From a virus (taxonomy: Duplodnaviria > Caudoviricetes), in IMG/VR virus record IMGVR_UViG_3300031519_000080, positions 1 through 36,966 of that record: 36,966 nucleotides of DNA. One strand, given 5' to 3'. A program made the translations under genes and the position numbers. The first letter of the stretch is position 1. Every line of letters starts with the position of its first letter. Below are positions 8,799 through 17,942 of the stretch, one piece after another. The notes under the pieces were generated by a model. The model was not told where the DNA came from, searched no databases, and saw only the letters and a program-made list of their open reading frames with translations.

Positions 8799-10879
8799 GA
8801 TCTGTACACCGTATATCCTTTGGTTGAAGCTATGGTAGGATCATCTCCGGTTATGCCGGGATTGCCTCCGACTATGATGCCTCCAGAACCATTAGCTAAG
8901 TCCGAGTAAAATAAGTCAAGTGCGGCAGCATCTAGAAGGTGTCCACCTACATCAGCACCTTCTCCCCATGCGTATCCACTGTATCCATAACTATACACTC
9001 CACCACTAGTAGTAGTGGTAACGGTTTTACTGTAGACAAATTGATCTGAACCGCCAAGTGGCACATTCACTGCACGAAGTTCTGTTATGGATGGAGGCGA
9101 TTGTGACCCGGCAGGGCCACCACCTATTATTCTGTCATAATCTGTCGCATTTGACATCATGGCTAGAGTCTTTAGTCCTGTCAAGTACGATACGTCTACT
9201 GCGGTTGGACCGACAGCATTGGTCTGAGTGGTCAATGAAATTACTTTTATTTGTGCTGTTTCGTCTCTTACTCCATTAGCATCGCATGGGTACAGTCTTA
9301 TTACTCTATCTCCAGAAATCAAATTTCCACCACTTAACTGTGCAGCAAAACCTTGGTAGTAAAGACCTGAATAGTTAGTACCGTAAGTACCCTCGTTGAC
9401 CGTCGTTGAAACATTTGTTCCATCTGTAATGGCGTAAAATCCTGCCGTTGTAGTGGCAGCTACCACGAACGAAGTTGCGGACGCCGGGACATAGAATCGT
9501 GCTTGATTATCGTTTACTGGAGTTATACCTCCGCCCGGAGACGGTGTTGTCGTAATGGGGTTTATAGTAACGGCTAGGGCGTCCGAAGCAGGACTATCGG
9601 TTGCTGCCGGATCAGCACTAGTAATGGTGCAAGATACTTCTCCGATTCCGTCTGGACCCCAAGTTACTTCGCACGTATCCGTAGTAGAGGAGCCAGTTCC
9701 TCCAACTATGGACCAAGCGTAACTAAGGCTGCTTGCGTCACCATCGTTAGACACTGAGTACGTATCAACATCTCCAGAATTAGGATTAGTCTCACCCGAG
9801 ACGGTTAAAATACCAATATTGGTCGGTACAGGATTTATGACAACAGCCAGAGCGTCTGAAGCGGGACTATCAGTAGGTAGTTCGTCAGTGCTAGTAATCG
9901 TGCAAGATACCTGTCCGCCGCCGTCTGCTCCCCATGTAACTTGGCATGTAGCCGTCGAGGAGGAGCCAGTACCACCTACTATAGACCATGCATAGCTAAG
10001 ATTGCCAGCATCCCCATTATTGGACACTGAGTAGGTCTCTACGTCACCCGTTGTTACGTCGTCGTCCCCAGAAACAGTAACTACACCAATGCTAGTTGGC
10101 ACAGGTGCTATGTAGTCACTAGTTGTAATCGATATGTTGGTGGGTGCATTTGGTAGTGGCGACGACAGTGCGACGATAGTCACATTTGCAGAACCTGTTT
10201 TGGGACTGTCGGATGGTGCATCATCACCACTGGTCACGGTGCAGCTAATCTGTCCTGTACCTTCTGTTCCCCAAGTTACATTGCACGATGCAGTTGTAGA
10301 AGAACCTGTACCGCCAGTGACCGACCAAAGGTAGCTTAAGTTGCCAGCGTCGCCCGCATTAGTTATTGAGTATGTTTCGACGTCGCCTTCTGAGACATTA
10401 AAATTACCATTAAGATTCAAGGTGCCAATATTTGTGATCGCTTGCTGGACAGTAACGTTCAAGATACCAGATGCTGGACTGTCCTGTACGCTCTCATCTG
10501 TGCTAGTTATAGTACAAGATACTTGACCCGGACCATCATTGCCCCAAGTAACCTGACAAGTGGCTGAAGAAGAAGAGCCAGTACCTCCAACGACAGACCA
10601 TGCGTAACTGAGATTGCCAGCATCTCCATCTTTGGACACTGAATAGGTTAGTACGTCACCTTCTGTTGGCGAAGTATTTCCAGTAACAGTGACCGTGCCT
10701 ATATTGGTTGGTGGTATAGTTGGCGTTCCTGTGGTCTCTTCTGGCGGATCAATGTCTCCGTAAAGCGTAAAATTTCCGCTGCTCAATAGTTCTCCACTTG
10801 GACCATGCTGTGCGTAGCCAGTAAGCATTTTGGTGCCACAAAAACCACCTGTCACATTTTTAAGTCCAAAATTAATCAT
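8795..10879 (-). CDS. Virion appendage protein with four PKD/Ig-like repeats and a unique C-terminal domain
   Basis: Four ~86-aa repeats (IGxxTVxG...TYSV..GDA.nLSY.WS..GGTGSS...C.VTWG..G.G.VSCT.TS.D....DSP). ATGA overlap with the upstream gene. Confidence 0.8.
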   Translation of the reverse strand: MINFGLKNVTGGFCGTKMLTGYAQHGPSGELLSSGNFTLYGDIDPPEETTGTPTIPPTNIGTVTVTGNTSPTEGDVLTYSVSKDGDAGNLSYAWSVVGGTGSSSSATCQVTWGNDGPGQVSCTITSTDESVQDSPASGILNVTVQQAITNIGTLNLNGNFNVSEGDVETYSITNAGDAGNLSYLWSVTGGTGSSTTASCNVTWGTEGTGQISCTVTSGDDAPSDSPKTGSANVTIVALSSPLPNAPTNISITTSDYIAPVPTSIGVVTVSGDDDVTTGDVETYSVSNNGDAGNLSYAWSIVGGTGSSSTATCQVTWGADGGGQVSCTITSTDELPTDSPASDALAVVINPVPTNIGILTVSGETNPNSGDVDTYSVSNDGDASSLSYAWSIVGGTGSSTTDTCEVTWGPDGIGEVSCTITSADPAATDSPASDALAVTINPITTTPSPGGGITPVNDNQARFYVPASATSFVVAATTTAGFYAITDGTNVSTTVNEGTYGTNYSGLYYQGFAAQLSGGNLISGDRVIRLYPCDANGVRDETAQIKVISLTTQTNAVGPTAVDVSYLTGLKTLAMMSNATDYDRIIGGGPAGSQSPPSITELRAVNVPLGGSDQFVYSKTVTTTTSGGVYSYGYSGYAWGEGADVGGHLLDAAALDLFYSDLANGSGGIIVGGNPGITGDDPTIASTKGYTVYRS
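9558..10705 (-). repeat. Four diverged tandem coding repeats (PKD/Ig-like, two Cys each)
   Basis: Repeat units visible in the protein and partly in the DNA; a Pro/Thr linker separates units 2 and 3. Confidence 0.85.
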
Positions 10880-12237
10880 TGCTCTGTGAGGAAATAAATG
10901 GTATTGGGTTCATACTCTGAGATGCTTGCGTAAGCACCGGGAGACATTACAACAATATTATTTACTCCACTTGCTCCTCCTATATTTGTGGGATCGCTGA
11001 CAACGCCATCTCCGGTGAAAATGGTTCCATTCGCCGTTACACCGTTTGCTCCAGTCGTAGAATAATACAGAATGTCAGGTGCATCCATCTGTGGCGTAAA
11101 AGCGATATCGCCATAATCAGCACCATTATTTGTTATTCCATCATTGTATAGATTGCCAGTTCCAGATGTAGACACAGTGCTAATATAAAATGGGAAACCA
11201 GAAGCACGTACTGCAAATTTATAATTAAATCCTTTTTGCAGTCTAACATTTGGATTAACGCTTACGTTAGTTCCAGCACCATTAAATATATATGCTTGAG
11301 AAGACTCCGCAACGTTAAACGTTCTAGAGTTATCAAGGTTTCCAGACACTTCAACTAATTCTGACACAATATTGCCAGAAGCAACACTCAAGTCTTCGTG
11401 AGTGGTATAACTTGCGGATAAATCTGGCATATCATCTGCTACCAAATGCCTGAAGCTTGGATACTGATCTACACACGGATCGCAACCGCTTGGAGGACCA
11501 GAAAAGACGCTACCGGAAACTTGTCTCTTAAACAAAATATGCTGATTTACAACTCCGCTAAGCTCTAGTACTTCTGACGTACCAGTGAGTTCATCAATCA
11601 AATTATTGTCAAATGCATCTTGATCTAATTGATTCATCTCGTAATGAGTCAGCTGCTGACCACCAGCGTAATCTGCATTGCCGTCATTTTGAGGCGGAAA
11701 ATAAAGACCAGATTCTCCAATTATATAACCAGAAGCACGGACGTTAGAATACAGAGTATCACCACCAACGTCTACAGCATACTGTGGAGAGCTATTCCGT
11801 ATGCCTAGATTGCCAGTAGAGTCATCCCATATAATTCTGTCGTCATAGTCTAAAGAGTTGGAAGAAGACCAAAATGCAACGCCGTTAGCCTGTGCTGTGC
11901 TAAAATCACCAAGACCAGAAGAAGTGGTGACAGTGTAATCAGCTGGGTATGTTACATAGACTTCTTTTAACCCAGTGCCAAAATCAATGACACTATCGTT
12001 ATTACTACTACGAAATGGAAATCTCGTTATTTTATCTGGACTTGTCGTAAAGATTCCAGAGCCTACTTCAAAATCAGTTCCATCAGTAATAGCGTAAAAG
12101 ACTGCTTCTTCATTTACATACCTATCCCCAAAAGCACTGAAGCCTGCTGATGCACCGTTAAGTTCGACTGGCCCAGTACCTATTGAATAAGACGTCTCTT
12201 TGACTCTATCGTAGAGCTTTACGAGGTAAGGATTCAT
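10876..12237 (-). CDS. Fibre-like virion protein (DRVKET-type N-terminal domain, cupredoxin-like domain, short C-terminal fibre motif)
   Basis: N-terminal DRVKETSYSIGTG...FEVGSG...EVYVTYPA; GNLGIRNSSPQYAVDVGG fibre repeat; NPNVRLQKG...PFYI...DAPDILYY; ends MSPGAYASISEYEPNTIYFLT. Confidence 0.7.
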   Translation of the reverse strand: MNPYLVKLYDRVKETSYSIGTGPVELNGASAGFSAFGDRYVNEEAVFYAITDGTDFEVGSGIFTTSPDKITRFPFRSSNNDSVIDFGTGLKEVYVTYPADYTVTTSSGLGDFSTAQANGVAFWSSSNSLDYDDRIIWDDSTGNLGIRNSSPQYAVDVGGDTLYSNVRASGYIIGESGLYFPPQNDGNADYAGGQQLTHYEMNQLDQDAFDNNLIDELTGTSEVLELSGVVNQHILFKRQVSGSVFSGPPSGCDPCVDQYPSFRHLVADDMPDLSASYTTHEDLSVASGNIVSELVEVSGNLDNSRTFNVAESSQAYIFNGAGTNVSVNPNVRLQKGFNYKFAVRASGFPFYISTVSTSGTGNLYNDGITNNGADYGDIAFTPQMDAPDILYYSTTGANGVTANGTIFTGDGVVSDPTNIGGASGVNNIVVMSPGAYASISEYEPNTIYFLTEQ

Positions 12238-12248
12238 GTTTTACCTCA

Positions 12249-13181
12249 TTATTGTGTAAGAATAGTCACTGATTCGTTATTTAGAACTCCAGAAGCCCTG
12301 CCGTATACAACAAGGTCATTGACGGCAGCGTTCACGTATTGATTATTGTCATTTCTAACAACGAAAGAAACATAATCAGCTGTTCGTTCTACAACTGCTG
12401 CTATATTTAAATCAAAATCTTCAGGATTAGCGTCATCTGTTGTCGCATTACTATTGGCTATGCAAACATAATTGCCGTTATCAAAAAGACCTTCTTTAAA
12501 ATAAACTTTAAACTTGCCGGGGTCATCATATCTTTCTAATTGAGATACATTGTGTGAGTCAATAACAGCCATATCTCCAGAGCCTACGAATCGAATATAA
12601 GCTTGTGCCACCTGTACAGCACTGGTCATTTCTGATCCATCAATGTCGGCCTTAATTGCAGACTTATTACCCAGATGAATAATTTCTCCACCTGTAACCG
12701 TTTCAAACTGAAATCCATGATCGTCGTAGCTCGATGGCAATCCATCGGAAGAACCCTCAGAATTAATCCAGTTATCACCCATACCAATATTACGCTCCGC
12801 TTTGCGGATGCCGTTTACATTCATATATTGAGTATGTGGATCACCAGTTGTTAATCCATCTAAATTATTATGAACGATACCCTCTTCTCCCAAGTATGGA
12901 GTAATCTGAATAAGAGCTTCTGTACCGGTTCCATTATCAAACCGTATTCCAGACTCTAAAATGAGTTCTCCATATTCGTCATCTGCATTCATTCCAATTC
13001 GTACGTTATTGCCCACGAATGGCTGTGCGTTAAAGTTGCCACTGGCTACTATTGGAATCATTGATTCTACTGCGTCTTCCAAATTTGTGCGAACATCAGC
13101 TGCTGATATATTGCCTGCATTATTGTCGGCTAAATCATCATTGATATTTTGCAAAATTTCATCTTGTGGTCTGACTGCCAT
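12249..13181 (-). CDS. Fibre-like virion protein
   Basis: N-terminal DNNAGNISAADVRTNLEDAVES shared with 28051..31338; HNNLDGLTTGDPHTQY fibre motif; C-terminal AQAYIRF...SHNVSQL...GKFKVYF beta-sandwich typical of fibre tips. Confidence 0.65.
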   Translation of the reverse strand: MAVRPQDEILQNINDDLADNNAGNISAADVRTNLEDAVESMIPIVASGNFNAQPFVGNNVRIGMNADDEYGELILESGIRFDNGTGTEALIQITPYLGEEGIVHNNLDGLTTGDPHTQYMNVNGIRKAERNIGMGDNWINSEGSSDGLPSSYDDHGFQFETVTGGEIIHLGNKSAIKADIDGSEMTSAVQVAQAYIRFVGSGDMAVIDSHNVSQLERYDDPGKFKVYFKEGLFDNGNYVCIANSNATTDDANPEDFDLNIAAVVERTADYVSFVVRNDNNQYVNAAVNDLVVYGRASGVLNNESVTILTQ

Positions 13182-13197
13182 TGTAAAGCTCTCCTAA

Positions 13198-13713
13198 TTA
13201 AAAGGTGTTGGTGCGGGTTTCCGATTTATTGTGTCCATGGGTATAATTCCAGCTAGCGGGGCTGCTTGGTCCAAGTATGCTCTGACCTGCAATACTTTTT
13301 CCAGCTTTATAGTCCATAAGCATTTGATTGAATTTGTCACAGGAGTCTTTAGCTAATCCCATGAGTGTGCCAGATGTGTTTCTTAAGTCAATAGTAGAAG
13401 GTCCATCTTTTACCATTACAGATTTATGAGCAGAAGCTTTTGCTTCATTGCTTAATATAAGACAAGCTGCCTTTAGGCATACCAAGTTAATATAGTCATC
13501 ATCTTGTGGTGTAGACAGTGTTGGATCAGGTGTAAGCGTAAACTGACCTAGGTCAGCACTATAAGACTGAGGAAAATCAGCGGAACTGTTCACGAACTGA
13601 GAAGACACCAATACGGTAGTCTCAATCCTCTCGTTGCTATACGTATAGCTCGTAGGCTCAAGATCGTCGATTAGCATTCTAACCATCACAGTTGTTGTTT
13701 CTTGCCAAGACAT
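13198..13713 (-). CDS. Putative head-tail adaptor (connector) protein
   Basis: 171 aa, helical; VRMLIDD...YTYSNERI start and LKAACLIL...VKDGPSTID pattern typical of adaptor proteins; GGAG RBS. Confidence 0.6.
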   Translation of the reverse strand: MSWQETTTVMVRMLIDDLEPTSYTYSNERIETTVLVSSQFVNSSADFPQSYSADLGQFTLTPDPTLSTPQDDDYINLVCLKAACLILSNEAKASAHKSVMVKDGPSTIDLRNTSGTLMGLAKDSCDKFNQMLMDYKAGKSIAGQSILGPSSPASWNYTHGHNKSETRTNTF

Positions 13714-13722
13714 ACGTTACTC

Positions 13723-14034
13723 CTATAGGTTATCGAATACTTGGAATTTATGAATATCGCTGTAGAATTTACCTTCTGGGAAACTCACTTTGCCCTGAAC
13801 CTTCCAGTATCCTACTTTATCTACATCTTCATTAGCTGTATCATAATACACTTTGCCATCTGTTCCATCTGTAAAAAATGCTCCAGAAACGGTCAATGCT
13901 GACCCATCGGCTTTCTTGAAGATGATCTCTATGGAGGTGGCGGACGACACATCCACTGGACTGGCGGTATCGCAGTCTTGAATAGTGAACAGAAATCGCG
14001 TTCCTACATCACCGATATGAATTTCACATGCCAT
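13723..14034 (-). CDS. Small BppU N-terminal-like (Ig-fold) virion protein
   Basis: IHIGDVGTRFLFTI...VDVSSA...IFKKADG...DGTDGKVYY...DVDKVGYWKVQGKV...FQV matches the stand-alone BppU_N-type pattern. Confidence 0.65.
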   Translation of the reverse strand: MACEIHIGDVGTRFLFTIQDCDTASPVDVSSATSIEIIFKKADGSALTVSGAFFTDGTDGKVYYDTANEDVDKVGYWKVQGKVSFPEGKFYSDIHKFQVFDNL

Positions 14035-14047
14035 AGTTTCATTCCTG

Positions 14048-14119
14048 TTATTGTTTTAATATAATATCTATCTGTTGATTGATAGATAAGTTAAATTCTA
14101 TTACGTCATTTGTGGGCAT
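14048..14119 (-). CDS. Micro-ORF, 23 aa (MPTNDVIEFNLSINQQIDIILKQ)
   Basis: GGAG six nt before ATG 14119; fills the gap between neighbouring genes; below the ORF-track cut-off. Confidence 0.45.
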   Translation of the reverse strand: MPTNDVIEFNLSINQQIDIILKQ

Positions 14120-14130
14120 AATTTACTCCA

Positions 14131-14301
14131 TTACGTCACAATTAAGTCAAACGAGACATCCCGCTGTACAGACAGTATATCGCTTCTATTTCTAGCTATA
14201 TTGATGGTAAATCCTAAGAACTCACCATTGTAAGATAACTGTATTTCCGTGCAAAGTGCCGAAATGGGGCAACTACTGAACGATTGGGCTGAAAAAAGCA
14301 T
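14131..14301 (-). CDS. Small ORF, 56 aa (MLFSAQSFSSCPISALCTEIQLSYNGEFLGFTINIARNRSDILSVQRDVSFDLIVT)
   Basis: GAGGT RBS and a GTGTATAAA motif upstream; N-terminus resembles the MF...FS..P.SAL start seen on phage minor virion proteins. Confidence 0.6.
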   Translation of the reverse strand: MLFSAQSFSSCPISALCTEIQLSYNGEFLGFTINIARNRSDILSVQRDVSFDLIVT

Positions 14302-14320
14302 TTATGTACTACCTCATATA

Positions 14321-14329
14321 TTTATACAC
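14321..14329 (-). promoter_or_regulatory. Putative late promoter motif GTGTATAAA
   Basis: One mismatch to GTGTATAAT, about 20 nt upstream of ATG 14301. Confidence 0.45.
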
Positions 14330-14331
14330 TA

Positions 14332-14709
14332 TTACGGTGCTTCTGTGGTCGTTGGGGCTGGAGTGGTGGGTGCTGCGGTGGTTGTGGTCGGATTTGGGTT
14401 CACAATGACGCCATTCATGACTCCAAGCTTGTATACATAGCCAAGCAAAGCCTGTAGTGCCATATTCATGTCAGCATCTGAGTCTGAAGCCTCTAGCATA
14501 TTATCTATAGTGAGCCAGATATCGTTGGATGAATCCCACATTTCTGCTACTCCGTCAAACATGCCGTATTTGGTTAATTTGACTTCACCCTGAACTTCGC
14601 CGTTCGGGTTGTCTGCCTTGATGACAATTTCTTTAATCCAGATTCGGTCATAGACCTTTGCTGGGATAGTTGTTGGATCATTGGCTGGGAAAATTGGTAA
14701 TTCTGGCAT
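14332..14709 (-). CDS. Small fibre-associated protein with Thr/Pro-rich tail
   Basis: 125 aa directly after the 14728 fibre gene; ends PNPTTTTAAPTTPAPTTTEAP. Confidence 0.65.
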   Translation of the reverse strand: MPELPIFPANDPTTIPAKVYDRIWIKEIVIKADNPNGEVQGEVKLTKYGMFDGVAEMWDSSNDIWLTIDNMLEASDSDADMNMALQALLGYVYKLGVMNGVIVNPNPTTTTAAPTTPAPTTTEAP

Positions 14710-14727
14710 CTTAAAAATCTTTCTTAT

Positions 14728-17700
14728 TTAGAAGGTACTAAGGGTTGTTCTTTTCCACGTATCTGTTGCCGTGCAAATGTATAAGTATGATGCGTCCCAG
14801 CACATGTCTCCTTGATTGCCCGGTGCTGAACCGCTAGCTGGAGTAAGTGAGTCTCTAATTCTCATTTTGTCGCCATCAATGTCTACGTATGTTGTGGGGT
14901 CGTCCGCACCACCAAAGGCTGTGTACTTAGTCTCTGTGTCTATGTATACAGCTGGGTAATACGTACATCCGAGAGAGCATGACCATGCTGATTCAATTGA
15001 TACGTACTGATTGCCCATGCGTATGACATTAGTGAAGTCTACCGCTCCTGCATTAGTATGGCTCTGATAATGCTCAAGGGATACTGCTTTATCTGCGGTG
15101 CCAATTTTAAACTGTTGCCTCTGCCCAGAAGCTGGTGGGCTTCCATCTTCCATGTAAAATGACATAGCGTCAGTTAAGTTGCCGTGTACATCGAGCACAT
15201 TAACTGGGGCAGTAGTTCCGTTGCCAATTCCAAATTTCCCATCCGTCGATACTACGACCTGTGCAGAATTTCCTGCGTATAGGTGGAGCGGATGAGCTGA
15301 CTCTGTTCCCATTACGCCAGCACTGTTGTTCGTAGAGGCTTGCATCTTGGATGCTACTGCTCCATCGATAACTAATAGTTTTGCTTCGTCGGCCTCTACT
15401 GACATAAAGCCATATGCGGTTGCTACGTATCCACCACGAGGTGCGGATGTTGAACCAAAAGAAGTCGCTCCAGCGAATCTATTTGTTTCACTTGCTCCAC
15501 CCTGATATACTCCGTAGCTATTAGTGGCGGTCGATAGTGCTGGAATGTATACTCCATAATTGTTTGTTATTGTATTGCCAACTCCACCATTATATGGAAC
15601 AACTTTGAGTGCGTACATGTTAGTGATGTGACATCCAGTAGATGCGACATTGAATGAGGGGCTACATCTAAGTGCTGTTACTTCAGCTATGGTTGTGTGT
15701 TCCCCAAACACTATGGGTGCGAAGTTACCACCTATGCAATATCCACCGTCTGTGACGCCGGACGCTAGATGCTTTTCAGCTCTTGCGTTAATGCCGGTCT
15801 GATAGTATGTGCCATTTACCGTTGATAAGCATCGTCCATATAGGTTCTGAGTGCGTACTATTGTAGTGTTAGCAACATAATCCTGAAAGACGTTAAGCTT
15901 TGATCCAACTCCACCGTCTGTAGAGGTGCCTATTAACACGGAATCTTTGCTTGCGTCTGCAAATATTAGGTATTGATCAGTATCGCCCTCTACGCGGAAG
16001 TCATAGTTTGAACCGGCTTCATTGAATACTACCGGTCCAGTGAATTCTACATTGCTGCTAACCCTCATTTGTGATGCTGAATTATTGCCGCCACCCCTAA
16101 TGTATGTAGAGCCACCAGAATTTGAAGAAACAAATGTATGGACACCATTACACATAACCATGTATTGTGAATTAGACATATCACTATGAGATAAACCCAT
16201 ATATGCCTGAGCAGTATATACGTTACCTAGTTTTAAGTAATCTCCAGTACCATTATTTTGTACGGACATGTAGGAATTATCATCACCAGTAAGTAACGTG
16301 TGCGTTCCAGCACCTTCTCCTACTGCATTCACATTAAGAAAATTGGTTGGTGTGGATGTGCCAATGCCAATCCTGTCAGTGCTTGCATCAACGAAGAATA
16401 GGTTATAGTTTGTGTTGCCAGCTACTCGAAGAGACTCCTCACCAGAGTCGGGGTTTACTACAACGCCCCCACTGTTAATCTGCATAGCTTTTACGCCATC
16501 GACATAGTAATTCTGGGTAATGCCTCCATTTGCAACAATGTCCATCTGGCTAGTACTAACGCCAAATCCGCAATCAACAGTTGGAGCATCATAAAGCTTG
16601 ATCTTATTTGCTGTGCCAGCAGTACCTGTGTGTGTCATAAAACTTAGTAATTCGTCCTCCCTTTTAAATCCTGCATACGCAAGATCGCTAGGGTTTAGGA
16701 AATATGTATTACTATGTATATCTGCCACAAATGCTATTCCAGAAGCACTGAACACATTAGTCTTGATGTTCGCACCTTTAGAGCCAAGATTAATAGCCCC
16801 ATTTGACATGCCAAATCCAGCAGCAGTATTACCATCATTATAGAATTGGAATTTATTAAATATATCATCAAATGTAGTAGGTACACCAGCGTAATATGTA
16901 TTTAATTGTTTTATTAGTCCAGTGTCTGTAATTGTTACTATATCATTGTTTGCAACGCCAACATTGTCTTTCCAGAATTTTAATTCATGATTTTCGTCTG
17001 TGCCCATAGCCCATAGACCACTGGCATTCGTGACTGCTGAAAAAACGTTATTTCCACCTGTGGCCTTAGTATATGACCCAAGCCCAGAATGGAAGAATTC
17101 ACCGGAGCCGTCTTTTGAGTGGAACCTGTATGATGGAGTGCTTGTTCCAACGCCAACGTTACCATCCAAGTCTACAACAACTCTTTCTGTGTTACTTGTT
17201 TCTAGGATGATGCTTGCAGCTTCTCTGTTGATCACATGAAGATCGTCGGATTCCAATCTAATCGAAGAGCCGTCGAGTGCTCCAGTGCCAGTAGTTGCAT
17301 TGGTTAATTTTAGTTCAGGAAGTGCAGCTGCATATAGTTCTACGCCCCCTTGACCCAGAGTGGACGAAGAGCCGCCAACCATTAACGTTCCTGCCGCAGA
17401 TAGACCAGCTCTATACGTTCCGCCTGTTCCAAAATAGATTGGTGCATTTTCGTATTGATAGATGTATGCTGCTCCAGCATTACTTTCAGCTATGAGTAAT
17501 CCCTCTCCACCTCCAGACATGCCGCTTCCAAGTATCTGAATTGCTGCTGTGAAGTCAGCATCGCCTCCTATGGTTAGATTTCTTCCAGTTGGGGCAGCTG
17601 ATATAGTTGCGGAACCATCTATTGTCGTATTTCCACCAACGTGTAATTCAGACGCAGGATACTGAGTATTAATACCAAGATAGCCTTCGCTAGTGAGCCT

Positions 17701-17925
17701 CATCTGCTCGACCGCATCCGCACTAGTAGACGTAGAAAACACTAGCGAGGCTGGATTGGCAATGGCTGTAAAATCACCCTCTGCAATTGATGCAAGCTGA
17801 CCAGCAATTAGTATAGCATCACTACCAGAGACTTCATTGGATGCTGCATATGATAGCATACCTATGACGTCTCCGCTAGAGATTACAGAGTCAGATGATT
17901 GTAGAGTATGAGAGAAAAAAGCCAT
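14728..17925 (-). CDS. Long fibre protein
   Basis: Start most likely ATG 17925 (MAFFSH, AAGGA RBS). Repeated G-x-[VLI]-G-I-G-T-x-x-P fibre motifs, two FRVEG/LRVAG...LFFVDAS units, and C-terminal PASGSAPGNQGDMCWDASYLYICTATDTWKR. Confidence 0.8.
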   Translation of the reverse strand: MAFFSHTLQSSDSVISSGDVIGMLSYAASNEVSGSDAILIAGQLASIAEGDFTAIANPASLVFSTSTSADAVEQMRLTSEGYLGINTQYPASELHVGGNTTIDGSATISAAPTGRNLTIGGDADFTAAIQILGSGMSGGGEGLLIAESNAGAAYIYQYENAPIYFGTGGTYRAGLSAAGTLMVGGSSSTLGQGGVELYAAALPELKLTNATTGTGALDGSSIRLESDDLHVINREAASIILETSNTERVVVDLDGNVGVGTSTPSYRFHSKDGSGEFFHSGLGSYTKATGGNNVFSAVTNASGLWAMGTDENHELKFWKDNVGVANNDIVTITDTGLIKQLNTYYAGVPTTFDDIFNKFQFYNDGNTAAGFGMSNGAINLGSKGANIKTNVFSASGIAFVADIHSNTYFLNPSDLAYAGFKREDELLSFMTHTGTAGTANKIKLYDAPTVDCGFGVSTSQMDIVANGGITQNYYVDGVKAMQINSGGVVVNPDSGEESLRVAGNTNYNLFFVDASTDRIGIGTSTPTNFLNVNAVGEGAGTHTLLTGDDNSYMSVQNNGTGDYLKLGNVYTAQAYMGLSHSDMSNSQYMVMCNGVHTFVSSNSGGSTYIRGGGNNSASQMRVSSNVEFTGPVVFNEAGSNYDFRVEGDTDQYLIFADASKDSVLIGTSTDGGVGSKLNVFQDYVANTTIVRTQNLYGRCLSTVNGTYYQTGINARAEKHLASGVTDGGYCIGGNFAPIVFGEHTTIAEVTALRCSPSFNVASTGCHITNMYALKVVPYNGGVGNTITNNYGVYIPALSTATNSYGVYQGGASETNRFAGATSFGSTSAPRGGYVATAYGFMSVEADEAKLLVIDGAVASKMQASTNNSAGVMGTESAHPLHLYAGNSAQVVVSTDGKFGIGNGTTAPVNVLDVHGNLTDAMSFYMEDGSPPASGQRQQFKIGTADKAVSLEHYQSHTNAGAVDFTNVIRMGNQYVSIESAWSCSLGCTYYPAVYIDTETKYTAFGGADDPTTYVDIDGDKMRIRDSLTPASGSAPGNQGDMCWDASYLYICTATDTWKRTTLSTF

Positions 17926-17942
17926 TGTATTATTCCTTAGTA

